The notes under the pieces: generated by a model | Database searches by the model: none | What the model saw: the letters and a program-made list of their open reading frames with translations, nothing else | Told to the model about the DNA's origin: nothing | In this document: positions 1 through 11,060 of the stretch, one piece after another | How positions within the stretch are numbered: position 1 is the first letter of the stretch | Layout: every line of letters starts with the position of its first letter | NCBI RefSeq assembly: GCF_009914755.1 | Contig: NC_060934.1 | Strand: one strand, 5' to 3' | Length of the DNA stretch: 64,000 nucleotides | DNA from: the human T2T-CHM13v2.0 reference genome, Homo sapiens | Position numbers and translations under genes: made by a program

Positions 1-356
1 AATCTCAGGCATTACATTTTTATTCCTGTCTGTGAGCAAGAATCCTCCTTGAAGATTCAATGCACTTGCAGCTGCCCCGGAGTCTGCGCTTCTCTATCTG
101 CCCAGGGCGAGTGGGCAGGACGGACCGTGCTAACCCAGGAGCAGCTCTTGGTGCAGGGCTCCTTGGCTGCAGGGGAGAGTGGGAGGCTGGGAGCTTGGTG
201 CTCACAGCTGGGGGTGCTTCTCAGACACATGGACGGGCATCAGAGCAGACACAGCCACAGGGAGATCGTGCCTGCGCTGGAGGAGAGAGTCCACCATGGC
301 CTCATGGGTGAGCCACCACTGCCAGTCCCATGGTGATATGCAGGTCATCGGAGCAT

Positions 357-510
357 GTATTGAGCACCTACTATGTGCAAGCACTTTGTGTACATTCTGT
401 TAATTAATCCTCACAATAACTTGGGAGACTGTTTCCATTTTACAGAAAGAAAAGCTGAATTCAGAATGGTGACGTAACTGCCCCAAGGCCTTGCAGCCAG
501 TAAGTGATGC
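357..510 (-). mobile_element. MIR SINE fragment
   Basis: TATTGAGCACCTACTATGTGC...AATCCTCACAATAAC...CCATTTTACAG...CCCAAGG is the reverse complement of the MIR core and 3' end. Confidence 0.8.
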
Positions 511-1376
511 TGTTGGTCAGGTTTGCATCCAGCTGCAAAGGAAAAGTCCAACCCATGGTGGCTTAAAAAATAGAGGGCACATAAGTCTCAAATAAGCCTA
601 GAGATCGCTGGTGGCATGTGGCAGGAAGGCTCGAGAATGTCAGCGCTGTGGGAGGAAGTTTCTAGGATTCTAGGCCAGGGCTGGATCTGCTTCCCCATGG
701 GAGGAAGGGGGCCTCTGCCCAAGACCTAAATAAAGTTGGAGGGTTTCATACGGCGTTGGTGCTCCATGACGGGCTCCATGTGAGTCACACTCAGGCAAAA
801 TCCACCCAAAAGGGGCAACCACTGTGGGGCGGAAAGGATGTTACTTACACCGCCCTTGGAAGACATCTCCCCCCACCATTCCTTGAGACCTGTCCATCAA
901 AGACATCTGACCTACAATTGCCCTGATGTGCCCAGGTCTGCCACAGCCCTCTCCATTCTGCTTTCCCCTCTGCAGCAAACAAACACAGCCTGACACGTAC
1001 TAGGGTTCCTCCTGGAAGGGTCTCTCTCCTTTCTAGAGTATACCCTCCTGGAAGGCAAGCATGGAGTCACACCTCTCGCCACACCCCAGCAAGGCTCAGT
1101 AGACAGATGTGTAAACAGCAGGCCCCATTAATTGTTGATTTTTAAAGCAGTCTCACTAAAGTGGCAGTTCAAACATTTGACTTACAATGCTGGCCTCTGG
1201 GGAAGCACTATGGTAATTGGGGCACACTTTTTTTACCTCTTTAAAAGGGTTGCACATGTAATATCTGGTAATTATTGAAATATTAAAATAAAAGTAAAGC
1301 AATAGAATCCCATTGTTTACATTTTTATACATAGATTTCCACTCTTTCTTTCATACATATGCAGACATATATTTTC

Positions 1377-1818
1377 TGTCTTCATTTATTTTCTGTTACA
1401 ACAGGATACCTGAAACTGGGTAATTTATAGAGAAAAGGAATTTATATCCTATAAAGGCTGAGAAGTCCAAGGTTGAGGAGCTGCATTTGGTGGGGACCTT
1501 CTTGCTGTGGGAGCTTTCTTGCTGGTGAGGGCTCTCTGCAGAATCCCCAGGTGGTGCAGGGTGTTACATGGTGGAGGGGCTGAGTGTGCTACTCAGGTCT
1601 CTCTTTCTCTGCTTATAAAGCCACTAGTCCCACTCCTGTGATAACCCATTAGTCTGTTAACCCATTAATCTATTCATGGATGAACGGATGAATCCATTCA
1701 TAAGGACAGGGCCCTCATGACCCAATCACCTCTCAAAGGCCCCAACTCTCAATGCTGCCAAATTGGGGATTACATTTCAACATGAGTTTGGGAGGAAACA
1801 CATATTCAAGCAATAGCA
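1377..1818 (-). mobile_element. MaLR solo LTR (MST/MLT1A-like)
   Basis: ACTGGGTAATTTATAGAGAAAAGG, GGCTGAGAAGTCCAAGG, CCCTCATGACCCAATCACCTCTCAAAGGCCCC and TTTCAACATGAGTTTGGGAGG...ATTCAAGCAATAGCA are typical antisense MST LTR blocks; TG...CA ends. Confidence 0.8.
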
Positions 1819-1829
1819 GTTTTTAAAAA

Positions 1830-2230
1830 AGAAAACAGATCCTACTGCCTATTCTGTTTTGCCATTTTAGAAAAACATAAAATGCATCCTAAGCATCTTT
1901 CCATATTAGTAATTGTTCTCCTTCAACAACATTTTTGGTGACTGGATAGGACTCTATTGTATACATGCTCTATAATTTATATGATCCACTCACAATTGTT
2001 GGTTTTCAATGTATTTTTTAATGTCTCACTATTATAAACCATACTTGAACAAATGGCCTTGTAGATGCTTCTTTGAACCCATCTTGAATTCTTTCTTTTG
2101 GGTAAGTTCCTAGAGGTAGAATTGTTAGGTCAGAGGGTAAGTACCTTTTAAAGACTTCAGTAAGTGTTTTCAAATTGCCCTCCAGAACAATGAAAATAGC
2201 TTCTCCTCCTACCACCAGTAGACAAGAGGG
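1830..2230 (-). mobile_element. Old L1 (L1M/L1ME) ORF2 3' remnant
   Basis: ORF 2018..2215(-) contains LPSDLTILPLGTYPKE, a decayed form of the L1 ORF2 C-terminal LPYDPAIPLLGIYPKE. Confidence 0.7.
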
Positions 2231-4039
2231 GGAAAGACATCTATTGAAATATTAGCCACCTTCTTGGATCTTTCCTATTGCAAAAAAAAAGACAAAAAAT
2301 AAAATAGAATTTACTCCCCAGGAGCCCTAGAAGGTTAATGAATTTATTAATTTTGTGTAAATTACTTTTGATATCAAAACATCGCTGAGAATATTGTAAT
2401 GTGCTCAGAATTGGGCTGAGGAGTGGTCCCAGTAGACAGTGGGTGGGTGAGATCAGGCATCAAAGGCACAACAGTTCTCCCGTAGACCTGTTCACATTTA
2501 GGAGGAGATTAAAGGTGGGATATGGGGACTGTGACAACATGGGGGCTTCCCTGGGGATCTCCCAAGTTTCTACAATGTTGGTCATATTTGCAGACCTAAC
2601 TAATAGAGGCCTCCTCTGGCCCTACCAGTGCTCCAAGATTATGACCCAATGAGTGGGTGGACCTACCAAGGGGCAAGGGGCCTAACTTCAGAACTCCAGA
2701 AAAGAATACCTGGAGATGACAGACAAGGCTGCTCTTCTGCATACAGCCCTGGGCAAATATTTGGGCTTCTGTGTATATAAACAATTTAAGTCATCCAAAA
2801 CCAGTGGCCCAATCTCACATAATCCTGCAAAAGAAATGCCATACCAGCCAATAGGAACAATCCCCCCATCAAGCTTCCCTCCTGGAACCAGGCCCTGGGC
2901 CTCAGGGATGACCCCATAGGTGGGAGTCCTGTAGCTCCTTGGGACATCTGGTCCACCCAGCACATGGGTGACAGAGCAGAGGGTAAAGAGTTGAAGCATA
3001 CCTCAAAGGGAAGAAACAGGGTTCAGGGCCCAGGGCCCACATGGTTCCCTTTCCAGGCTTTAGGCTCCCTGCACAAACAGCACGCACAGCCCCAGCTTTT
3101 CCCAAGCATTGGAGGGAGATTTATAAAATGTTGAAGAAGGCTCTCCGAAGCTCTAGACTCAGGCAGGATCCCTGCTTGCACAAGTCTAAGGGCAATGTGA
3201 ATGACAGACTTCCCTCGCAGGCCCATGGTGGGTAAACCAACCATCCGTTATATATAATAGGCAAACACAGACATAAGCATAAGCAATTACCATGTGGTGG
3301 ATGTTTCCCTGGTGCCCCTCCCACTCTGTCCCCACCTCTGTGCCCCAGAAGGCTGGCCTCCGTGGTGTGCACCCTTGTTCCAAGATGTCCCCTTCCAACA
3401 CAGACAGCAGACATTGGTTGTGTTTTTTCCAAAGCTGTAAATTCCCAAGACCCTTGAGCCAGAGAAAGCAATCAGGGGCCATGCAGGTTGGGAAGGGAGG
3501 TGCTAGCAGCTGCAGCCAAGAAGAAATCAGACCCTATTTCATCAGAATCACCACCATTTTTCCATCAGTGACTCCCTTGTTGATGCAGACAGCTTGGCCT
3601 TTTCTGATGGGGTGGGGAGCGAAGTCTGCAGCTCTGGGTGTCAGAGGGCTCCCTCATCACACAAGGGTTGAGAGCAGGAAGACACCAGCCACCAGTGCTG
3701 CCAGGAAGACTGGCACACATCCAGCCAAGGACTGCAACTGTCGAGGCGCTCTGAGAAATTGGCCAACTCGTCCACCTGGGACCCCATCACCATCTCTCCA
3801 TCACATGGAGAGATTCTTTCCATGACCTACTGACTCAAGTTGAGTAAATCCCAGAATCTGACACTAGAAGAGTTTGGAGGGGTATAAAAAGTCCATACTA
3901 TATAGTCCAACCTCCCCACCCACCCCAATTTACAGATGGGGAGGCTTTGCCCGAGCCTCCTCCAGGGCTTTCTCTTCTCACCCAGTTATTGCTGTGTTCT
4001 CACTTTCTGCCTTGGCCATAGTGTCAATGGCCACCAGAG

Positions 4040-4220
4040 CCTTAGTGCTCCATGCCAGGTACTATGCTAACGGCACTACATAATAACTCTGGAAGGTAGG
4101 TCACCTTACCTCTGGTGCACTCAAGAAATGTGAAGCTAAGTAACTGAGGCTCAGAGAGGCTACCCAACTTGCCCAAGATCACACAGCTACCCCTTGTTGC
4201 CACTGGGATTTGAGCTTCGC
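4040..4220 (-). mobile_element. MIR fragment
   Basis: AACTGAGGCTCAGAGAGG...ACTTGCCCAAGATCACACAGCTA...CTGGGATTTGA is the MIR core in antisense. Confidence 0.75.
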
Positions 4221-4819
4221 TTCAATACCCACATTGCTTTCAATATGTGATACTTAGTGTTTTCACATTGACTGTGACTCAGCACAGTGGGTTTCTAGAG
4301 AAGTGAGTCACTTGCTCTAGAATATTATCCCTGTATCTAACCCAAATCCCCTCCTGGGCCAAGGAAAACCCATTTCCTTTTGGGCCCTTGGCTGACTTTA
4401 GATCTGCTAAGTAATCAACATAGACCATGGGACGCTTCCATGCACGCACATGCACTCAGCCTTGGCCTCCAAAGCGTTGCCCTTCCATATCCTCCCCACT
4501 GTCCAGGCCTCCTCCACCCTCGCTCAGAACCTGTTACCAGCAAGCAGTCCTGACTCTGCACTTCTGCAGGTAGGGTTCCATTCCACATGCCCTGCAGATG
4601 AGACAGCACGCTGCCATGAGGACACGGTTTCCGCCTTGCTTTCCTTGGCGTCTGAGGACCCCCAACCCCTGCAAGCTAGCTGTCCCATCCGATTCCCTAT
4701 CTTTCCCTGTGGTTCTGCAATTTGCTCGCTTCCTCTTGCCTGGGCCCAACTTCAGGGGCTCACTCTCCTAACCTGGGGACCTTTCCTAGCAGCCCTTGGG
4801 GAACAAGGTAGGACAGAGG

Positions 4820-5015
4820 TTTGAGCACATGGGCTTTGGAGTTAGTCACCTGCCAGCCGCTGCTCTGCCAGGTGTGATTTGCTTTTGGAATTTCGGTGAG
4901 TGACTCGACCTCCCCAAGCTCAAGTTCATGCTCCTAGCCACACAGGGCTGTTGTGATGGATAAATGAAATAGCACATGTGACAGGGCTTCGGCCCAGGGC
5001 AGGGACTCAACACGT
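4820..5015 (+). mobile_element. MIR fragment
   Basis: GAGCACATGGGCTTTGGAGTTAG...CAGGGCTGTTGTGATGGATAAATGAAATAGCACATGTG. Confidence 0.65.
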
Positions 5016-5994
5016 CGAATTCTTGTTTCCTTTAATACGTGTCTCAGAGGAATGCAAAGAGGATTAAATGGAATCATAAAGTGCCTAGCACAGTTCCCAG
5101 CTCCAGCAGACACTCCATAAACAGAACTTCCTGCTTTCTCCCCACCACCTTCTCCTCTGTTCTAGTGTTTGTTTTAGAGCAATATGGTGGAGCTATTTAC
5201 TAAGGAGCACCAGCCTGTCTTGGAAGCTGGGGTGGGAGCAGGTGACGGCGGTTTGGGCTGGGCAGGTCAGGGCCTCAACTCAGCTAGGATTCTGTGCGTC
5301 TGGGCTCGGGGTGGCTCTGAGGTCAGGCCCGAGGCATTGGAGCAGTGGCCGCCAGCCCATTTTCCATCTCTGCCTGTCCTCCGAGAAGCCTCCCAAATTT
5401 ACCTCCACCCTGTGCTGCTCTTTAACCAAAGCCCGTTTAGTAGATTCGGTAATCATGTACTCTCACTAAAAATAAACCGGGCCACACAGTCCCTGAGAAA
5501 GGAGAGCTCAGATTAGAGGTCAAATTCCTCCCCTCCTCGTAGGGTCCAGAGTGCCCAGGGACAGCAGCAGGGCAGGGAGTCCCTGTCAATCTCGCTTGTT
5601 GGGGAGGGCGCTCCAGGAGGAGCAGTGGACAGGCTCCCCGCAGGCCACTGGCTTCCCACGGAGGTCCACAGCAAAGCGGTGGCGTTTTCTTCTCAGGGCT
5701 AGCTCTATCTCACGGCTGCTTTCCATCTCCCCAGCGTCAGCTGCCATGAAAGGCCTTTTTGCTTTGGCCCAGTCCCTGCAACATAAAATCCTTGATGGAT
5801 ATTGCAATGGTCACCTCACTTGGGATCCCATTGTTTTTCAGTTTTCCAAAGGGCCATCTCTAGCACGTCACGGTGCAGAGGACAGGAGCCATATAGGAGC
5901 CTCTGAGCAGCGTATGTTCAGCACTGATATTTGTCATCGTCCAGTTCTGGTCTCTCACAGCTAGGTCTACTTCTTCTAGAAGGCGGTTGAACAA

Positions 5995-6190
5995 AGAAGT
6001 TGAGCACATGAGTTTGGGAATGAAATGAAACTGAATGTGAGTCCGGCTCTGACATTTAGACACAGTACCATGGGCACCTGCCCCTCTGGCCTCAATTCTG
6101 TCATCTGTCAAATGAGAATTCTAGAGTAAAGACATAGTGAACCTACCTCAAGGGGTAACTTACGTGTCAGATAAGCGAATGCATGCAAAT
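5995..6190 (+). mobile_element. MIR fragment
   Basis: GGCCTCAATTCTGTCATCTGTCAAATGAG...ACCTACCTCAAGGGG resembles the MIR core. Confidence 0.65.
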
Positions 6191-7083
6191 GTTCATCATG
6201 GCTCTGGCACTGGATGAAGATGGCAGTGTGCATGCATTATCACTGTGAAGACTCTTACTGTTATAAAGTGGTTTTGAGCAGGGCTTGAGGGAGAGCATTC
6301 CTTCTCTTTTTGGATCGTGATTAGGAAGTTACTCTTTAGGCAAAAGGGGATCAGCCCCCGACCCCACTCATGTCTTCCCACCTCGCATCCCTGTTGCATG
6401 GGGTTTCAGAAGGGAAATAAGAGGGCATTTCCAGTAACACGTGCAGGTGGCAGACAGCGCGCAGGGAGCACTGGAGCACAGCACAGATGCCTGTGACGGT
6501 CACGTCATTCCTAATGGGGCTCCTACAAGAGAATGGCCTCCTGCACCTGAAGGCAGGGTCCCAGGACAGGACAGGACAGGACAGGGGGACACGCAGGGAG
6601 AAGTTTCTGAAAACAACACAGCCAGAGGAGGGGTAGGGGCCTGAAGGAAGGAGGACCTGGCAGAGCAGTGAGGGCCTGAGGGACACAGAGCAGGATGGGC
6701 ATGTCCCACGTGAGGGAGGACATGGAGTATCTTAGTTGGAGCCCAGGTGCTGGAGACACACCGCCCTCATCAACTCTCAGCTCCACCACCTACCGGCAGG
6801 ACAGTTGGGGTACCAGTGTGAGCGTCCACTCTTTTTCTATGACAGGGTGTGATAATAGAGCATTTGTCAAGGGACTGTGGTCAGGATTCAGCATGCACAG
6901 CCATGGAAAGCCCCACAGCACCAGGCATGGTGGTGAATGGAGCCACGGGTACATCCAGGTATGAAAAGCCACCAGCCACAGCCTCTTCCGCCTTTGATGG
7001 CAACCTCCTCCTGCACCCCCAGGCTGCCTCCCGTGGCCTCGCCTGCTCTTCCTCTGTACCTCACTCCCTTCCTCCCATCCTCG

Positions 7084-7187
7084 CCTGGGAGGTTGAGGCT
7101 GCAGTGAGCTGTGATTGTGCCACTTCACTCCAGGCTGGGTGACAGAGTGAGAACTTGCCTCAAAAAACAAAATAAAAACAAAAAAAT
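7084..7187 (+). mobile_element. 5'-truncated old Alu (AluJ/FRAM-like) 3' fragment
   Basis: CCTGGGAGGTTGAGGCTGCAGTGAGCTGTGATTGTGCCACT...GGGTGACAGAGTGAGA plus A-rich tail; GAGGCTGCAG is J-type. Confidence 0.85.
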
Positions 7188-7236
7188 TACCCAGCCTCAG
7201 GTATTTCTTTATAGTGATGCGAAAACAGACTAACAT
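7186..7236 (+). mobile_element. 3'-terminal ~50 bp of an MST/THE1 LTR
   Basis: TTACCCAGCCTCAGGTATTTCTTTATAG...AACAGACTAACA is the canonical MST LTR end. Confidence 0.7.
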
Positions 7237-9172
7237 AATTAGTAAATGTATTCTTCAAATAAAGACAAAGAGAAAGAATAAGCAGAGGCAATAGCAGAGA
7301 AAAAGACCCAGAAGTGAGGGGGCCTGATATACCCAAAGAATAGAGAGAATTTCCATCTGAGTGGCTCTAAGAATAGAGCTATGAGAGCTAAGTCAAGAAG
7401 TGTGGCTGGGTCAACTCATCCTGGGTCAAGTAAACCTGGGAAGCCACTGGGCATTTGCTATGAGCCCTGAGAGCCTATGAGGGTTGCTGGTGGATGGGTG
7501 TCAGATCCAGTGGTGTTCAGAAAGGACACTGAGTACCAGGTGGAAGGCACATTGTGGGAGCCACAGTGTCAGCTGGAGAGGAGCGGGACAGTGAGCCTCT
7601 GCCACAGTCCAGGCAGAAGACAGGGCTCTGTGGATGAGGGTAATGGCCCAGGGAAGGGGAGCAGTGTCAGAGCCCAGCAACATGTGACAAGGAAACAGTA
7701 CAATTTGCTGCTGGCTGCTGCCACACACAGCAAGGCAAATTGCTGCTGAACAGCCAGGCCTGGGCCTGGGGACAGACAGTGCTTGGCCTTCACTCTTCAG
7801 CCAGCACTTCCCATGGGGGCTGCTCAGCCCTGCCTTGCTCAGGCACAGTCCATTCTAGTGGATGGGGCTGGAGCCGCCTGCCTTGACGGGATCTCCCTCT
7901 AGTTCCCCAACTCCAGTGTTGCTTCCTGGGGCCCCAGGTTGGAGCTGATGATTTTAATGGAAAGGATGGTAGATTGCAACTGTGAGCTGCAATGCACAAA
8001 CAGCCGTAGATGCCTTGTGCTCTGGGTCCTTTTGGAAAGGGAGCAGGCAGAGGAGGCCCAGTAATGAACAGGTTTTCAGCCACTTCCTGGACACCATACT
8101 GATGCCTCTCCTCCTGGATCAGGAGTCCATGGAACTAGGCCTCGATTTACCCTGGGGGTCTCTGCTGTGAGCCCGCTGCCTTCTCTAAACCTCACCTGCC
8201 TTAGGTGAAAAATGGATCTCCAAGGTCCCATCCTGAATGAATGACCCCACAACTCTCACCTAAGGGACAGCAAACTGGCTCCTGGATTCCACATCCCAGT
8301 TCCCTGACAGGGTCACTAGCCAGGGCTCAAGGGCAGTCAGAGCTGCAAGGGTAAGGCTTAATTGCTCCAACTTCCAGTGAGATGACCCTCGTGCCCAGGC
8401 CCCTCCCCTCCCCATCCCAGCAGGCTCTATGACTCTGCGGAATCTGAGTGTAGCAGGAAAAATGCAGCAGGCCTGGACCCGCCGCCCCACTCCACACATC
8501 CAGGAAATGGACCGTGATACTCGTAATATTACATTTTAATGGTCTGCCGCAGCAAAGGCAGAAGGAAGAATCACTCCTGTGGCGGCAATGGATTAACTCC
8601 TTCTTTTCTGGTCTCTTCCAGAGTCTTCTAGTTAAATGTACTGGGGAGGGAGGGTGCAGGTCTTGGTGAGAAGGAATGAAGGGGGTCAAGACAATAAGAC
8701 TCCAGAGTCTCTAGCTGCTTTACATTCAATCTTCTGGGAGTTTCCATTTTCTACTCTATCTATCAATATGCAGGAATGACAGCTTTTCTTCAAAGCCAAC
8801 TCATTTTCCTTCCCTGGACTCCCTCAATGTCTATCAGGAGGTCAACTTCACACCCTCAGTACCATCCAGGCCCAAGATTAATAATCCTCCATCAGACAGG
8901 AAACCTGATGACTGACATTAGGGGTGCAGTAAGGGAGAGCCATAAACTCTCTTAAAATGAAAATAGCTCTTGAGTGGATCCTAGGGCCGAGAGGGAACCC
9001 AGAGATCATCTGCTCCTCTTGAGGTCCAGAGAGGAGAGAACACTCACTCAGCCACTCACACATCAGTGTGGATAAGGGACCGGAGCCTGAGAGATACCAT
9101 CCCCACCCGAGCACCCTCTTCCTGGGCAATGGCACCCTTTGGGCCTGATGGCCCTTCCAGTCATGTCCCACA

Positions 9173-9548
9173 CAGTGGTGTGCTGGCAATGTGTATCACA
9201 TTGATTTGTTGCATTTGCAGATTTCTGTGGTGTAAATACTCCCTCCATGCCCAGTTCTAAGCTATTAATGGGAGGTCACTGGAACAGACTTGGGAAGAGA
9301 GGCCCATTACATAGAATCTTCATCAGGCAGATGCAATAGACATAAATAACCTCAAAAGCACAGACCATAGTCAAATCATTAGGATAAGTTTTGAGTAGTT
9401 ATTACTTTTGTTTTTAAAATAATTTCTTTAAGTATGAGTTTATATAATTGAACTTTTATGACTATATTTAATAACCAGCTCTCAATATTTCTGAATTTGA
9501 CAGTCAGTTCTTATGAGGCAGTAATGGGTTGGCTCTGGCACAGCTCTG
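9173..9548. mobile_element. MER63-like hAT (Blackjack) non-autonomous DNA transposon
   Basis: Begins CAGTGGTGTGCTGG and ends in a degenerate inverted copy (GGCTCTGGCACAGCTCTG); internal GATTTCTGTGGTGTAAATACTCCC and AAATAACCTCAAAAGCACAG match my recall of MER63. Confidence 0.65.
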
Positions 9549-10029
9549 TCTCCATTGTGGTAAGTTGGTGGCTGTATGTCACTTGTATTAGTCTGCACAC
9601 CTAGGAAATGTCCATTGCGCTGATTTCCTGGACCCCAGTAGGCTCAGCTGCAGATGAGCATTGGCCTGGCCTGGAAGGAAACGCCCCTTCTTCCAGCTTA
9701 ACTGTTGGCACATGCTTTATTTTCTCATTAATTAGCCTAACTGCTCAGCTCCAATGCTATACTATCTTTTGCTGCCTCTCCAAATGAGCTTGGGTCCTTG
9801 AATTCTATGTCCAGTCCCCTGCAGGAATGGCAATTTGGGTTCTAACCATTCATCTTTAAGGCATAGAGCCTCTTCCATCTGATGATCTCCAAGGTGGTCC
9901 TTTGTCCAATAATGGCTGCATCCCACCCATCCAAGAGAACATGAGACTCTCTTTTAAGGGGAATAGAAAAAGAACCATGAGATGCCCTCCCTTCAGATGG
10001 GAAAGGGTCTCCAGGTTCAGATGAGGCAG

Positions 10030-10348
10030 GATCCAAGATGGCCCTCAATGATTCTAGCCTCCTGGTAGTAACACCCTGGGTAGCTCCCTTCCAAACTCAG
10101 CAGACTGGATGCAAATACTGTGACAATGACAGAGGAGGACTTCTGAGACTAGGTCATAAAAAACGTGAAAGACATCCAGCTTCCACCTGCATCCTCTTGG
10201 GTCACTCTGAGAGAAGCCAGCATCATGAGGACTCTCCAGTGGCCGCATGGCGATGCCACATGATGAGGTGCTGAGGCCCCCAGCCCACAGCTGGCCCTGA
10301 CTCGCCGGTGCTGAGAGTGAGCTTCCTCGGAAGTGGGCCCTCCAGCAG
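10030..10348 (+). mobile_element. MLT1 (F/G-like) LTR fragment
   Basis: CCAAGATGGCCCTCAATGATTC...CTTCTGAGACTAGGTCATAAAA...GGAAGTGGGCCCTCCAGC. Confidence 0.6.
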
Positions 10349-10452
10349 TGTCCATTCAGTGCCCAGCCCTGTGCAAAGCTCTTATTTGGGGTGGATATAC
10401 AGTAAGTCAAAGCATGACCCCTGCCCTCCAGATGCTGTCTCCACAGTGCTGG

Positions 10453-10655
10453 TGTCAGTTAGGAGTCCGTTCAGCTGTGTGGTCCCCACTGTTGCTGGTA
10501 ACACATAACAGCTTAAACAAGATAGGCTTGTATGTCTCTTAAGTAAACAAAGTCCAGAGGTGGGCAATCTATATCTCGTATGACACTCCCCCAGGCCACA
10601 CAGGTGCTCCTGCTTATGGACCCAGGTTCCTTCTATCTTGTTACTGTACCATCGA
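10453..10655 (-). mobile_element. Old MLT1 (J/K/L-like) LTR, left part, split by L1
   Basis: TGTCAGTTAGG...CAGCTTAAACAAGATAGG...GGACCCAGGTTCCTTCTATCTTGTT; continues at 17146. Confidence 0.55.
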
Positions 10656-10879
10656 CAACATAAAACTTTTTTTCCCATAAGTTATTGGGGTACAGGTGAT
10701 ATTTAGTTACATGAGTAAGTTATTTAGTGGTGATTTGTGAGATTTTGGTGCACCCATCACCCGAGCAGTATACCCTGCACCCTGTTTGTAGCGTTTTCTC
10801 CCTCACTCCACCCCCATTCATCCCCCCAAGTCCCCAAAGTCCATTGTATCATTCTAATGCATTTGCATCCTCATAGCTT

Positions 10880-11010
10880 AGCCACCCATATATCAGTGAG
10901 AACATACGATGTTTGGTTTTCCGTTCCTGAGTTACTTCACTTAGAATAATAGTCTCCAGTCTCATCCAGGTCACTGCAAATGTTAACTCATTCCTTTTTA
11001 TGGCTGCATA

Positions 11011-11060
<50 letters not shown>

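Noticed and set aside
49-336. 95-aa ORF as a coding exon
   Set aside because: No recognisable homology or supported splice context; the length is within chance for GC-rich DNA.
3292-3825. 177-aa ORF
   Set aside because: No recognisable domain, composition typical of random GC-rich ORFs, and similar ORFs overlap it on the other strand.
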